A stretch of DNA of 64,000 nucleotides from Octopus vulgaris (taxonomy: Eukaryota): the NCBI GenBank assembly GCA_951406725.2, contig OX597815.1:111042001-111106000 (forward strand), written 5' to 3'. The position numbers and the translations under genes were made by a program. Below the pieces are notes generated by a model that was given only the letters and a program-made list of their open reading frames with translations, did no database searches and had not been told where the DNA came from. Positions 1 through 13,671 of this stretch are shown in pieces. Position 1 is the first letter of the stretch, and each line of letters begins with the position of its first letter.

Positions 1-1722
1 GAAATTAAGGCCGATATATCAATAGTAAGCTAGCTTTTCATTTTGTGAATATGACTGTGGAGCCTGATTGTGAACAAAATTTTAAAATACCGTGAACTTC
101 TGATGTGGTAAATGAAGTTTCATGTGGTAAAGAATAATTTTACTATTGTAACTGACATTTGGTGTTAAGAGCAAGGAATCACGGCTGTGTAAATTGTACA
201 AAAATGCAAATACCGATAGATGACCCACGATAAAATAATAGGACGCGTATATTAAATTAAAAGAGGAAAAAGAAAAGGAAACTGATCGATGATGATATCA
301 GAGATATTTTTTTAAATATACAAGCCATAGAAGGAGCACCTTCATGAATAACAATTATTGTTAAAAAATATCAGAATCAGCTGGACTGGAATTATTTTTT
401 GCTCCATTGATCTAATCACTTCTGCTTAGTAAAAAATACATTAGTTGTGTAATTAAATTGACTTCATATCTATGCAAAGATTTTCTTTTTGTATATCTCT
501 GTATAGAGTTCATGAACTTGAAACATTATGAGTTTAAATCTACTGTATATCTTCCTAAACTTCCTTGTTCTACTCCTTTGTATCAATATTTGAAAGGCTG
601 AATAATATTCCTACTACAAGAGACTATTTGGTTCACTTGTTCTGCTAAAAATAATTATTAAATTTCCTTCAAATTACCTCTTACTATCTTAATTGAAAAT
701 TACTAAAGCACTGATACATACACAAATACTGAAATACTTCTCATTACAAAACTAATCAATCATGATTGACCAGGGCCTAACAAAAACAGCTGAGTTTTAA
801 ATTAAGACTAAGTTTTGATTATATTTCTATATAACATTTCGGCATGATTTCACGCATGTTGTTATTTCATTTATTCTAGTGATATATGAGGCAATAAAGT
901 CGACGTGTTTGATCATTCGAGAAAAATCTGCATGTGAGCACGAAACCTCTATTTACATATACTTGCATATTCACAAATGTCACATATATAGAGACATGTA
1001 GACATGGGCTCAGCCACAGTAAGCACACATCCACCCCCTTACACATACATACACACACATACACATATATACAGAAAATGAACTGGCTATTTACTCCATT
1101 ATTACTTAGACCCTCAACCAACATTGTAGCTAGCCTAATTCTCATTTATCAAAGCGTGACACGATAGCTCAAATACATAGATAGTCAACGATGGTGTGAT
1201 TCAACCCAATGAAGAACAGTGGTCATCAAAATGCCAACTTTCAGGAAAGTTCTTTAAATCTGATGGCTATCATTTTGATAGCCATCAAATCTAAGTTTAC
1301 GCATATGAAATTTGTTTTTATAAAACAATACTATATTTCCTCAACTAATGCATATTAATTCAAAGAATATGAGTTGTGAAGTATTATTTAGATTTTCTTT
1401 TGAGATGAGGTTTTAAAATTCATATTTTAGGTAGTCGAAAATATAAAACATTGTTTTAAGCACCTCATTAAGAGAGAACTTAGATTCTTTAACTTGCACT
1501 CGCGCGCGTGCGACATGCAGACGCTCACCTCTGTATGTCTCCTTTATTTATTCTGTCTTATTTTTTTATCGACCTATGAAGTCTTGGATGTATAGCATAT
1601 ACTGAAATGCATCAATGAAATTCAGCCCCAATTATTTTCGGTTCATGGAAGTCAGCCGAAATTGAAAGCCTCGAAATAAGGATTAGGATATGTATATTAT
1701 CTCCCTATATATATTTTTCTTT

Positions 1723-2099
1723 TTGTTTCAGCCATCTTCACTGCGGCCATGCTGGAGCACCACCTTTAGTCGAACAAATCGACCCCAGGACTTATTATCT
1801 GTAAGCCTAGCACTTATTCAATCGGTACCTTTTGCCAAACCGCTAAGTAACGAGGACGTGAACACACCAACATCGGTCGTTAGGTGATGGGGGGGGGGGG
1901 GCAAAAATAGACACACTAATACAATCTCACATAGATATACGACGGGCTTATTTCAGTTTCCGTCTAACAAATCCACTCACAAGGCTTTGGTCGGCTCGAT
2001 GCTATAGAAGAAGACATTTGTCAAAGGTGCCACGTGGAACTGAACTGGGAACCATGTGTTTGGTATTCAAGCTACTTACCACACAGTTACTCCTGCGCC
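1723..2099 (-). mobile_element. tRNA-derived SINE, family A
   Basis: Minus-strand head GGCGCAGGAGTAACTGTGTGGTAAGTAGC...GGTTCCCAGTTCAGTTCC with A/B-box-like motifs; tail GGTGCTCCAGCATGGCCGCAG...GCTGAAAC; colinear with copies at 15030, 38522, 42245 and 43480. Confidence 0.9.
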
Positions 2100-2439
2100 C
2101 CCCACACACCTGTAAGCTGTAAGACAATGACTTTTTCCCAGTAATAATAATGTATATGACTTGAGATGTTTGCCTTGCCTTAACGTTTGTTGTCCTCTTT
2201 AACAATTATTTATCCGCTATATCGTAAACCTGCAATGGCACTATAACTACCGTCTCGGTTATAACCTTTCAGGACTAGTAATCCGTTACAGTACTTAACT
2301 AGCGTACCTAATCGTTTAGATGATCTGTGAACTAAACCCCCAAATTTTATATATGTATATATATATATATATTGTATTTTTTTATATATTGTATTTTTTT
2401 GTAATTGTATTTTTATTTTGTATTTTATTTTGTAATTTT

Positions 2440-2907
2440 ATTTGTATCGTTTTTACGTCCTGTTTGTGTCACATTTTGTTCTTTCCTTGTTTTTACCCCT
2501 CTGCGAAGTAATTTCCTTTAATTTCTTCGCAGAAAGGGCTAGTTCGAAGAGTCGTGTTCTGTCCTCAACTTCGAAACACGCTGGAGTTGAACTAGGGACA
2601 GCTGATGAAGGGGATTTTTCCTTATGTAGTTTGTCAAGTACTCTGTTTTTTTCTTTGTAAAAAAAGGTTCGTTCCATGCTTGTTTTTACGTTTTCGTTCT
2701 CGTTGAGTTCTGCGTCTATTTGTGATGTCCTGTACTCACGTATATATATTTATAAATGCATGTATATATACACGTAGATGTAGGTACGTACATATATGTA
2801 TGTATGTATGCATATATTTTATTTATTACACTATTGTATGACTGAGCGCCTTCGCGTCGATTCGATTCGATTCGTTCCGTTTCGTTTCGTTTCTTCTTCT
2901 CCCAGTA

Positions 2908-2910
<3 letters not shown>
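2440..2910 (+). mobile_element. Non-coding Penelope-like pLTR-type repeat, diverged copy 1
   Basis: Colinear with 3527-4010 (+) and 3168-3524 (-); ends at a (TA)n tract; contains hammerhead core motifs. Confidence 0.65.
2539..2613 (+). ncRNA. Candidate rearranged (non-circularly permuted) hammerhead ribozyme, copy 1
   Basis: CGTGTT|CTGTCC (2553-2564), CTTC-GAAACACG (2569-2580), GGACAG-CTGATGA-A-GGGG (2596-2613); stems I, II and III can all pair. Confidence 0.65.
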
Positions 2911-2975
<65 letters not shown>

Positions 2976-3037
2976 TAGTAAAAGCGAGAGGTCATGCTTC
3001 TTCGCTCATAGTCGAACATGCTTCTAATCTTTATCTA

Positions 3038-3140
<103 letters not shown>

Positions 3141-3167
3141 TATACATATATATATGTATATATATAT

Positions 3168-3847
3168 ATAAATAAAATATATGCATACATACATACATAT
3201 ATGTACGTACCTACATCTATATGTATATATACATGCATATATATATATATGTGAGTACAGGACACCACAAATAAACGTAGAGCACAACGAGAAACGAAAA
3301 CACAAAAACAAACTAGGAAACGGACTTTTTTTAACAACGAAAAAACAGAGTACAAGACAAACAATACAAGGAATATTCCCCTTCATCAACTGTCCCTGGT
3401 TCGACTCAATGCGTGTTTTGAAGGTAAGGACAGAACACGATTCGGTCGACGCAGTCCTTTCTGCAAAAGAATTAAATAAAATTATTTTGCAGAGGGGTAA
3501 AACAAAGAAAGAAAAAAATGTGACTTGTCACATTTTTTTTCTTTCCTTGTTTTACCCCTCTGCAAAAGAATTTTATTTAATTGTCACATTTTTTCTGTCC
3601 TTGTTTTACCCCTCTGCAAAAGAATTTTATTTAATTCTTTTGCAGGAAGGACTGTTTCGACCGGATCGTGTTCTGTCCTTACCTTCGAAACACGCATTGA
3701 GTCGAACCAGGGACAGCTGATGAAGGGGAATATTCCTTGTATTGTTTGTCTTGTACTCTCGTTTTTTCGTTGCTAAAAAAAGTCCGTTTCCTAGTTTTTA
3801 TGTTTTCGTTTCTCGTTGTGTTCTACGTTTATTTGTGGTATCCTGTA

Positions 3848-3892
<45 letters not shown>

Positions 3893-4010
3893 TTGTATAT
3901 ATACAAATAGATGTAGGTACGTACATATATGTATGTATGTATGCATATATTTTATTTATTAAATTATTATATGACTGAGCGCCCTCGCGTTGTTTCGTTT
4001 CTTTTCTCCA
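3168..4010. mobile_element. Inverted pair of the same pLTR-type repeat (large palindrome centred at 3525/3526)
   Basis: 3168-3524 is the reverse complement of ~3527-3960; ~55 bp tandem duplication next to the centre; the left flank is (TA)n. Confidence 0.85.
3652..3728 (+). ncRNA. Candidate rearranged hammerhead ribozyme, copy 3 (intact core)
   Basis: CGTGTT|CTGTCC 3667-3678, CCTTC-GAAACACG 3682-3694, GGACAG-CTGATGA-AGGGG 3711-3728. The minus-strand copy at 3378-3454 has core mutations (TTGATGA, AAAA). Confidence 0.65.
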
Positions 4011-4421
4011 AGCAAATTCTACCTGAGGGGGGACTGCTGGTACGGCGTTGAAGGTGCAAACTGTCGCTTTGCACATCGGAGGCCCTACCAAAACCGCACG
4101 GACGCGAGAACCCTCCCTCAAGAACAAAAACAAAAACAAAAAGTTAAAAGAAGGGAAAAAAGCGCACTGACCACTACTGAAAGACGGTATGCAGATGTGG
4201 TGCGCGGAAACCCAACAGGTGGCCAGCTTCACCCAGATGTGAGAAGGGCGGCAGCTGAACAGCAGTCTTTTTTGTGCATGGCACAAAAAATTGTTCAGCA
4301 GCTGACCTGGCTACAAGCACAAAGCTGGAACTACCACCACATAAGGCCACCTCCAACAGATGCAGGATGGCCACCACAGACACCAACACCAACACACACA
4401 CCACAAAAATATTTCTACTGA
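4011..4421 (+). pseudogene. LINE ORF1 C-terminal fragment with CCCH-like zinc finger
   Basis: (S)KFYLRGDCWYGVEGANCRFAH followed by a basic/Gln/Pro-rich tail; stop at 4421 overlaps the ORF2 start. Confidence 0.65.
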
Positions 4422-7375
4422 ATGTAGGAGGGCTGCTGCGCGGAAACTGTAAAAAGAAAATTCCATTCCTGAGAGACCTTGTGACATGCAATCAAGCTAT
4501 ATGCATGGCACTCACAGAAACGCATCTTGAACCCGATATAGGTGATGCAGAAATACACATGCCACAATATGCAGTCATACGCACAGATAGAAAAGGGAGG
4601 AGCCATGGTGGAGTTGCAATGTACATCCGAATGACCTCACGCCCCAGGTCCTGCTGTCATATTCAAACTCAGTATGTGAAACTCAAATTGTACACATAAG
4701 ACAACTGAATATCGTCATATGCACTACATATCGCCCACCAGACGCCCCAAAACACTCAGGCATGTTTGAAGACTGCCTAACAAAAATAGAAGTCCTCACC
4801 AACCTTGAACAGCACAACAGTGTATTCTTCATGGGTGACTTTAACCTCCCCAATGTGGAATGGCCTGGGGGGCAGATGCTCCCAGGGATGACACACCATC
4901 ATCAGGCACAGGTGGAGTCCCTGCTCCATCTCACAAATACCTCTTTCATGGAGCAAATAGTTCTGCAACCAACAAGGGCAGATAATATACTGGATCTCTG
5001 CTTCACAAACAGTATGGATATTATCCATAATGTTAATGTGATGCCGACAATGATCTCGGATCACAACATAATAGAGCTGTCTATGTATGGAACAAAAGCC
5101 CCCGCAGACACACAGCCTATACGAAGCACCTACCATCTCTCCAACTTAAACTTTCATAAAGCCAACTGGAAGTCGATTGAGAAAGAGATCCTCAAACAGG
5201 ATTGGCCTGAATGTCTCTCCACACCGGACATAAACATGAAACACAAACACTTCATGTCCATAATACAAGCCATATGTGACAAATATGTCCCAATGTGCAG
5301 GGCCAGCACACACAAGAACAAAAACAGGATCCCTAGAGAAAGGAGGATTCTTATGAGACGACGGACAAGGATTGCAAACCGCCTGAGCAAGCACACCAAA
5401 AGTGGTGAGAAGTCTCGGCTCGAAAGAATGCTAATGGAAACTGAGAAAAGTCTACATCAGTCCCATGAAAAGGAGAGAGCAGATAAAGAAGCTTGGGTAA
5501 TAGAAAATATAAAATCAAACAATAAAAGCTTTCTTTAAGTTTGCCAAAGAGACAGCCACAGTGCACCAGAGAATAGGACCTCTCTTCCAAAAAGATGGCT
5601 CTCTCACAGGAAATCCCACGAGGATACGTGAAATACTGAACGAACAGTTCCAAAGTGTGTTCACTACACCGCTAGGACACAGGCAAGTAAACAACCCAGA
5701 AGAATTCTTTGCCACTTTACCAGCGGCCAAAGAGACAAAAATTGAGTACATCAACATCGAAGAAGATGATATCACACTAGCCATTGATGAGATTGACACA
5801 AACTCAGCTGCTGGACCTGATGGATTCCCAGCGATCCTTCTCAAATCGTGCAAACGAGCCCTTGCAAAACCGCTACAGCTTCTTTTTCAGAGCTTTCTTG
5901 CAAGTGGTAAGCTCCCAGTCAAACTGAAAAAGGGGGTAATATGCCCTATCCATAAGGGAGGTAGCAGAGCAGATGCTAAAAATTATAGGCCTATCTCTCT
6001 GACCTCACACATCAGCAAAGTCATGGAACGAATAGTCCGTAAGAAACTAATCATGTTCCTTGAAGAAAATGACTTACTGTCTGACACCCAGCATGGATTT
6101 CGACCAGGTAGAGGCTGCCTAACACAGCTCCTGCAACACTATGACTGGGTGTTGAAACAGCTACTAAATGGCTCAAATGTGGATGTAATATATCTTGACT
6201 TTGCAAAAGCCTTTGATAAAGTCGACCATGGTATGATCTGTCACAAACTGCGTGGTCTCGGCATAGACGGGAAACTTGGAGAGTGGCTGCACAACTTCCT
6301 AAAAGACAGAAAACAGGCAGTTGTGAGCAATGGAGCCACCTCCAGGGAAACGCAAATAACAAGCGGTGTCCCACAGGGCACTGTCTTGGGGCCACTGATG
6401 TTCATAGTGGCCCTTTCAGACATGCCTTCAGTTGCTACGATGACCACCCTTGCTAGCTATGCAGATGACACAAAAGTCTCCCACGCAATACAAAACCCTG
6501 AAAATATTGCGCATCTGCAACATGAGCTGGACACAATATACAGGTGGGCTGAGGACAACAACATGCAGTTTAATGCAGGTAAGTTCCAGGCCCTGCGCTA
6601 CTGGCACACAAAGGTAAATGACGTGAAGACTGGATACACTGGCCCAGGAAGAATTGCAATCCCTGAGTCAAAATCAGTGCGTGACCTGGGCATTGACATG
6701 AGCAATGATGCATCTTTCCAAATGCATATTGCTAATCTGGTGATAAAATGCAGACGGCTAGCTGGATGGATTCTCCGAACTTTCAGAACAAGAGAGAAGG
6801 AGACACTGATGGTCCTATGGAAAACATTTGTCCTCAGCCGCTTGGACTACTGCTCCCAACTTTGGTCACCACACAATATAAAACAAACAGCAGAACTCGA
6901 AGCAACTCAGAGAAGCTACACAAAGAAAATCGTCTCAATGCAAAATGTCAGCTACTGGGAAAGACTGAAGGTATTAAACCTCTTCTCCCTGGAGCAGAGG
7001 CGGGAGAGATATGCAGTGATATACATCTGGAAAATCCTGGAGGGTGTTGTCCCAAACTTTGGCATTCAAAGTTACTCCAACCGCAGAACGGGGCGCCGCT
7101 GCGTGGCGCCAAGGATTCCAACATCACCATCAAAATACAGGTCCAGATACTGCAACAGCTTGGGTTTCAGAGGACCACAGCTCTTTAACATCCTCCCTAA
7201 ATGCCTGAGAGACTTACATGGTGTGGATGTGGGTTTCTTTAAAACTAAACTGGATCTCTTCTTGTTGGGAGTCCCAGATGAACCTACCTCACGACAGGAG
7301 ACACGGATGCGGGCAGCAGCATCGAACTCCCTTGTTGATCAAGTGCCACGTATCAGAGGTGGATTCACAAACTAG
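4367..7375 (+). pseudogene. LINE ORF2 (APE endonuclease + reverse transcriptase) with two frameshifts (~4630, ~5525)
   Basis: LNVGGL, LTETHL, RTDR..GGVAMY, YRPP, GDFNLP, LDLCF, SDHN (APE); GPDG, NYRPISLTS, QHGFR, YLDFAKAFDKVDH, SGVPQGTVLGP, YADD (RT); LDYCSQLWSP and YWERLKVLNLFSLEQRR (CR1-type C-terminus). Confidence 0.95.
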
Positions 7376-7447
7376 TGTAGCTCATTCAGCGGTGGTGCCC
7401 CAGCATGGCCGCGGCCTTCGGACTAAAACATTTTTAAGGATTTAAGG

Positions 7448-7507
<60 letters not shown>

Positions 7508-7766
7508 TGTACGCGTATGTGTATGTAATATATATATATATATTCATATGTATATATGTGTGTGTGTGTGTGTGTACGCACAGGCATGCGAACATGTCAA
7601 TGAATACACGCATCATGTTTGTAGGATATATATTCAGGGTGCCTCCTTTCACTTCTACATCCGTTACAGCGACACACATTGTTTTCAGAACACTCATTAT
7701 ATTTACTTACTGAAAATCATGTTTTGATAAACTTTGTCTTGTGAAGAACTTTCTCTCTCTCTCTCA

Positions 7767-7816
<50 letters not shown>

Positions 7817-9729
7817 CATACACGCACGCTCAGGCATACATGCACACACACGTGTGTATGTGATTTGTGAATGTGTGTTTGTGCTTATGTATGTACGAGG
7901 GTGTTTGTGATTGTACGGATTAGAGTTACTTTGATTTAACAAATATCATCAAAGATGATTTGTTTAGAATGGGAAGCTGATGTCAATATTGCTTAACGTA
8001 AGTAAGTAAAGAGACGTGATTCGAAGTCAATACTGGCATAATTGGCCGTTCTGAATACAGCTTACATCATAAAAATCCGTCTAATCATGATCAATACATA
8101 AAATATATAATAACATTCAGCTTGAAGGTAACAACATATAAACAGACAAAGGTACCAATATAAACTGTCTTAAAACATCAAAATGTATGACATACGAAAG
8201 TGCATAATTAACAGAAGCAATAAATGTTCTTAGAAATGTTATTGTTTTTTTTTTATTTCTTGAAAGAATTTATTGAATGCAGACGTTGAAAGCTATAGCA
8301 ACATTTTCAAATGCTATTAAAAAAGAAAAAAAAAAAGGAAAGGAAAAATGAATTATTAGTAAATAGATTAATATTTGTTAAATAATTTACTTAATTGTCC
8401 TATTGTATGAAATGAAATTAAATATGAATATTGCGGTTTAGATCTGAATTCATAGGTTTGATCATACAGAATTATAAACAAATCATTCCAGATGTGACCC
8501 TTCCAGGAAATTATCAGTTAAATTTGTTGAAAACTATATTAGACAATGCGTCCTTACTTTTTAAAAATGATGAAATGTGATTTGACAGAAATTTTTGTAG
8601 CTAACGCGTAGGTTGAGAAACGTCTTGAAGGCTGCATATTTATATGGCCTGTAGTACTTACATCATGTGCTCATGAAATAAATTCTTGTCGACCTGATGT
8701 GTAATATATGCTTTAGAAAGAGCAAGTTGTGATATTGTGACATTCATAAATTCGTAATAGCATTAACTGTGTAAGTAAAATTAAGCATGTTTTGTTAAAA
8801 TTATTTCCGCCCTAAGGAATATGTCATAACTACCAAATGGCAATTAAGACCAGGTCTACATGAGAAGGAGACATAATATCAGGAATAAAGAATTACCCCA
8901 AAGCTGATGTACCATAAAGGAAAAGAAGAAACTTTGTGTCTAGCGTTTATACACGCGTTTCTACATCAAAAAGGTGTCATCACCATGTGGCTCATTTTGT
9001 TTTGTTTCCTTTATGCAAATTACATGGGCCTTAAATGTATTTTATTCTTTTCGTGTCTAAGTTTTTTAGTTACTGGATATAAGGTAGGATAATTGCTGGG
9101 CTGATATTTCCTATTAAGGTAGAAACACGTGCCCACGTCTCTTCTCTTATCTCCAGACAATAAATCTGTCCTTTTTTTTAATGACATATCATCTTTGGAG
9201 ACTTGGTGATTCTAAAGATTATTTTTCCTTCTATATGGAGCGGATCTCAGTTGTTATTCGGGAGTTATCACACATCCTTCAGAGGCGGAGGTAATTTTAA
9301 TTAAGCAATCATTTCTGCTGTATGTTACTTGATAACTTGCGTTAGTCTATGTTGTTGATACATGCTTCTGGCCACTCTGTGTTATCCCTCTTGGCTCATC
9401 TTTCTTTATAATATAAAATTAGACATCCCTACTGAGAATATGAAACTGGATATTCTCATTCGCACGCCTGTCTTTGTCTTCATTCTGTATTGTTTGATGT
9501 TGGCATAATTGTTAACTTATTCTAACCTTGACTTATAAGCTTTGCAATTTTAGCAAAAAAGTCTAATGGCTGGTTTCCGAAAATAAATAAATAGATAAAT
9601 AAATGAATGAGTTACTTCGATATGTTTAGATGACGAGTGAGTTTGCGGGAGTGAATATATATGTATAAATGTGTGTGCATATTGTGTATATGTGTGTCTG
9701 TTAGACACATACTGACACACATATATATG

Positions 9730-9732
<3 letters not shown>

Positions 9733-9805
<73 letters not shown>

Positions 9806-9850
9806 AAGAGAGAGAGAGCGAAAGAGAGAGAAGGGAGAGAAGAGGGAGAG

Positions 9851-9923
<73 letters not shown>
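9733..9923. repeat. (GA)n microsatellite
   Basis: Direct inspection. Confidence 0.95.
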
Positions 9924-9929
<6 letters not shown>

Positions 9930-10164
9930 AAAGGGAATATAAGTCTGTATAAAATGCCAATACTAAATTTTCATTGTCTGCAAATATTTCATTCACATGA
10001 CAGATTCCAAAATCTAATCCTTCATAGATATAAAACTACAATCCAAGAATTGACCCCATACAGGATCATACGACTCTGATAAAAATAAACAAATGGCCTT
10101 TTAAAGATAGGAAGGATACGTTAGACAAGGCAGTTCAGTATAAAGTAAATATATTAAAGATGAG

Positions 10165-10518
10165 ATATTCTTTTCTTTTCTACTCTAGGCACAAGGCCCG
10201 AAATTTTTTGGGGAGGAGTACTTAATTTATCGAATCCTGAAAGGATGAAAGGCAAAGTCGACCTAGGCGGAATTTGAACACAGAACGTAAAGACAGACGA
10301 AATACCGCTATACATTTCGCCCGGCGTGCTAACGTTTCTTATTTCTTTATTGCCCACAAGGGGCTAAACATAGAGGAGACAAACAAGGACAGACAAAGGG
10401 ATCAAGTCGATTACATCAACCCCAGTGCGTAACTGGTACTTAATTTATCGACCCTGAAGGGATGAAAGGCAATGTCGACCTCGGCGGAATTTGAACTCAG
10501 AACGGCAGACGAAATACC
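10165..10518 (-). mobile_element. SINE family B nested array, downstream part (host 3' part 10165-10340 with tail 1; inserted unit 10341-10518 with tail 2)
   Basis: GAGTTCAAATTCC B-box; GCCTTTCATCCTT..GGGTCGATAAATTAAGTAC core; two distinct tails. Confidence 0.9.
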
Positions 10519-10757
10519 AATTTCTTTATTGTCCACCGGGGACCAAACATAGAAATGGACAGAACAACTGTTAGATCAGTAATGCGATATGATTTTACAT
10601 ATAATATGACTTTAAAAATTTAAATAAAATATAAAAAATCGAATGAAGTTAACAATACAGAGACAATACAAATGAAGCGATGATCAGCCACGCTCCGACC
10701 CCACAAGCCCCAATCTATCGCTGCTACCTTTTTTTCTTGTTGTTTTTTTCATCTTAT

Positions 10758-13665
10758 TCACATGGTTCCTTGCACGCACAGCACTCGTGCAACATGCTTC
10801 CATCTTTTTTTGAACACACTCTCCGACAGGCATCTCTTCTCCAGCCACACCTTCCTTTCCAAGTGAAAAGTGAAAAACAATCTTAACTTGTGGCCGGAGA
10901 TAAAATTATCCGTCTTAATCCCTTTCATCCTAGTCTTCCATACTGCCTCTTTCGCTATTGCAACAACAGTGAGAAAACAATTCCGGTGGGTCAATTTTAA
11001 CCGGTCCCTCTGTCCAGCTCCCAACAATGCTGTCTGAAAGCATCGACTTGCCAACCTATCCTCCCCACGCATCTTGGACAGGTCGGAGAGTGACCAAGGC
11101 ATCCCTAAAGCTCCCTTTAACGGCTTCCGAGAACAGATAAAGCGTTTTACACGTGGCACCTTGCCCTCCCACAAAAAGCGAAAGAGCTGCCTCTCCAACC
11201 TGATCACCCACGAAGCCGGACGGTCATGCGGTAGGTAATGACCGATGCAATAAACACATTGGCCACCTCCGCCCTCCTTTTCAGGGATAGCCACCGCCAA
11301 GACCAGGTCTTGACTATTGCAGCTACCTTTCTCGAATCCTCCGTCCAGTTCTTCTCTATCTGGAGGCATGGTCCAAACCAGACTCCCAGCAATTTAATCG
11401 GTCCCTCTGTCCAGCTCCCAACAACGCTGTCTGAAAGCATCGACTTGCCAACCCAGGTGCCGAGCTGCAAGCCGACCGACTTTTCCCGGTTGATTTTTGC
11501 TCCTGCCACCGTCTCGTAAACCTTAATAGCTTTACCCACTTCGCGTAGGCGTGCTACTGTGGTCACGCTGATAGTGATATCGTCCGCGTAAGCTGAAACT
11601 AACTCCTCTAAACCTGGTTTTCTCAGGATGTCACTCAACTTTCGCAGTAGGGGCTCAAGAGCCACCACATACAAAAGTAGTGAGAGCAGACATCCCTGAC
11701 GAACCGAGCGTCTGAGGCAGAACGGTTTCGAAAGGAAACCGTTCACCCGACCTATCGAGTCAATGTTGTGATACAGAGCGTTGAATCACATGAAGAAGCC
11801 AAGGCCCAGGCCAAACCGCGCAAGCACAGTCGCCAGGTATCGATAGTCGAACCTATCAAAAGCTTTAGATTGGTGTAAATGCACCAATGCCCTACCATTG
11901 CCAGAGTTATCACCAACACTCTCTATGGTATAGCGAATAAGAATGAGATTATACTGAATGGTTCTGCCTGGAGATTATACTGAATGGTTCTGCACATGTC
12001 TGTGCCTCCCTGACTGTACCATTCACGACACGCGCCAACCTTTTTGCTAAGACCTTGGCCAAAATCTTCACTTCTGCGTTTAACAGAGTGATGGGCCTGA
12101 AATTATCTAAAACGTCTCACTTGTCCGGGTCCTTTCTGATCAACATCCCCCTCCCCGGCGCACAGTTCTGGGGATAAACCCATTCTGTTACCAGTTCGCG
12201 TACACGCTAGCCAGCAGGTGCCCGAAAAAGTCTGGCATACATTTATATAGCTCGTAAAGAAGACCATCAAGTCCCGGCGACTTACTCACTTTACAGTCAG
12301 TCATAGCCTTCGTCACCTTCCCAGGCGTGATCGGCCCCTCGCAAGCCTCCTCATCCGACTCCGAGAGGCGTGGTAGCCCGACAAGAAAGTCCTCAAGGAC
12401 TACCCTATCACCCCTATCACCCCTATCAGGATCGCTGTCACCTCCGAACAGCTGGGCGAAGTACTCCCGAAATGCCTCACACATTTCCTCGAGTTCGTTT
12501 ACCAAGACACCGTTTTGGTTCGTCATATACCGAATAGTGGAACTATTTCCTTGTCGAGCTTCCACCACTCGGGCCCATCCAGCGGCCTTGATTCCTTCAC
12601 TCCCCATAGTACGTAACTTAGCTCTGATAATACTTTCCCTGTGTTGGGTTTCAAGACACTGGTTCAACTCCAGTCTCCTTACCTTCACTTGGTTCGCATT
12701 ACCAGACCTCAAGGCTTCTTCTAGCTCCTTAACTATACCATCTCTTATTCTACGCCCCTTCTTAGCTAAGCTTATGCTAAACCTAATAGACTTCTATTTT
12801 ATGGCTCCTTTTAGGGTGTACCTCCATTTATTATTAATGATGGTACCTGTCAATGCCCACTTAATTAACTCCTTGATCTGCTTTCTGCACACCTCAATCA
12901 CCAAAACGGACGTATTGAGTTTCCAGTAGCCAGATCCCTGTCTAAGTAACTTATCTACTGTCAGCTTCCAGGTAATCATGTTGTGATCATTGTAGCTGAC
13001 TAGATGAAACTGTGGACACTTAGCTATACACTTATCTGTTTTTACAATCAAAACCTTATCTATATATGTTCTTGAAGACTCGTCACTATTTGACCACATC
13101 CACTGTGGAGTGTTGGGATGTTCCAGCCTATATGGATCTGCCAGTTGAAAGTGACTTAGCAAATCCCGAAAGCCAGGGTTACATTTTCTATTCATATTCG
13201 AACCAACACAATCTCTGCGTGCGTCACAAATTGTGTTAAAGTCTCCTATCAATACTAGCGTATGCGACGTGGCCAGGAACTTGCCCAAGTCACGAAAATA
13301 TTCACTTTGCAGACCCATAACGATGGGTGCATAAATTGCAACCAGCCTGATTGTCTTGCCACAACTAAAAGTCAGGTTGAGAACGAACAGCCTGCCTTCT
13401 AGATCAGAAAAAAGCCAATCTTTTCTCGGTTACTCGGTTTCTTTTCAGTAGGATCAACAGCCCGCTCCCACCACCCGCCCGACTTGGAGAAACGTATTTC
13501 TCGTAGCCGTTCAGGGGGTGCAGATCTCTTGGCCCCTTCACCCGGGTTTCTGTTGCAACAATATCATTCAAATTTCTTGACCTGATGTCATTTAGGAAGC
13601 GCCCTTGCTTCCAACTCAACATCAGGCCACGAACATTTATACAACCAATGTGAATAGATGTGACT
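10758..13665 (-). pseudogene. Tx1-type ORF2 (APE-RT), multiple stops, frameshifts and a C-terminal deletion
   Basis: ORF fragments 13404-13622, 12794-13318, 12188-12712, 11204-11746 and 10758-11369 give consecutive L1/Tx1 ORF2 motifs. Confidence 0.9.
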
Positions 13666-13671
13666 TACCTT

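Larger units (their letters stand above)
4011..7450 (+). mobile_element. CR1-group non-LTR retrotransposon, 5'-truncated within ORF1
   Basis: ORF1 C-terminus, then APE endonuclease and RT; short 3' UTR ending in (TTTAAGGA)n that runs into (TA)n. Confidence 0.92.

Noticed and set aside
1-420. Possible decayed transposase or exon
   Set aside because: Stops in the frames examined and no diagnostic motif.
3717-3745. Conventional type I hammerhead reading of CTGATGA-AGGGGAATATTCCTT
   Set aside because: No GAAA follows the hairpin in either intact copy; only the rearranged pairing completes the core.
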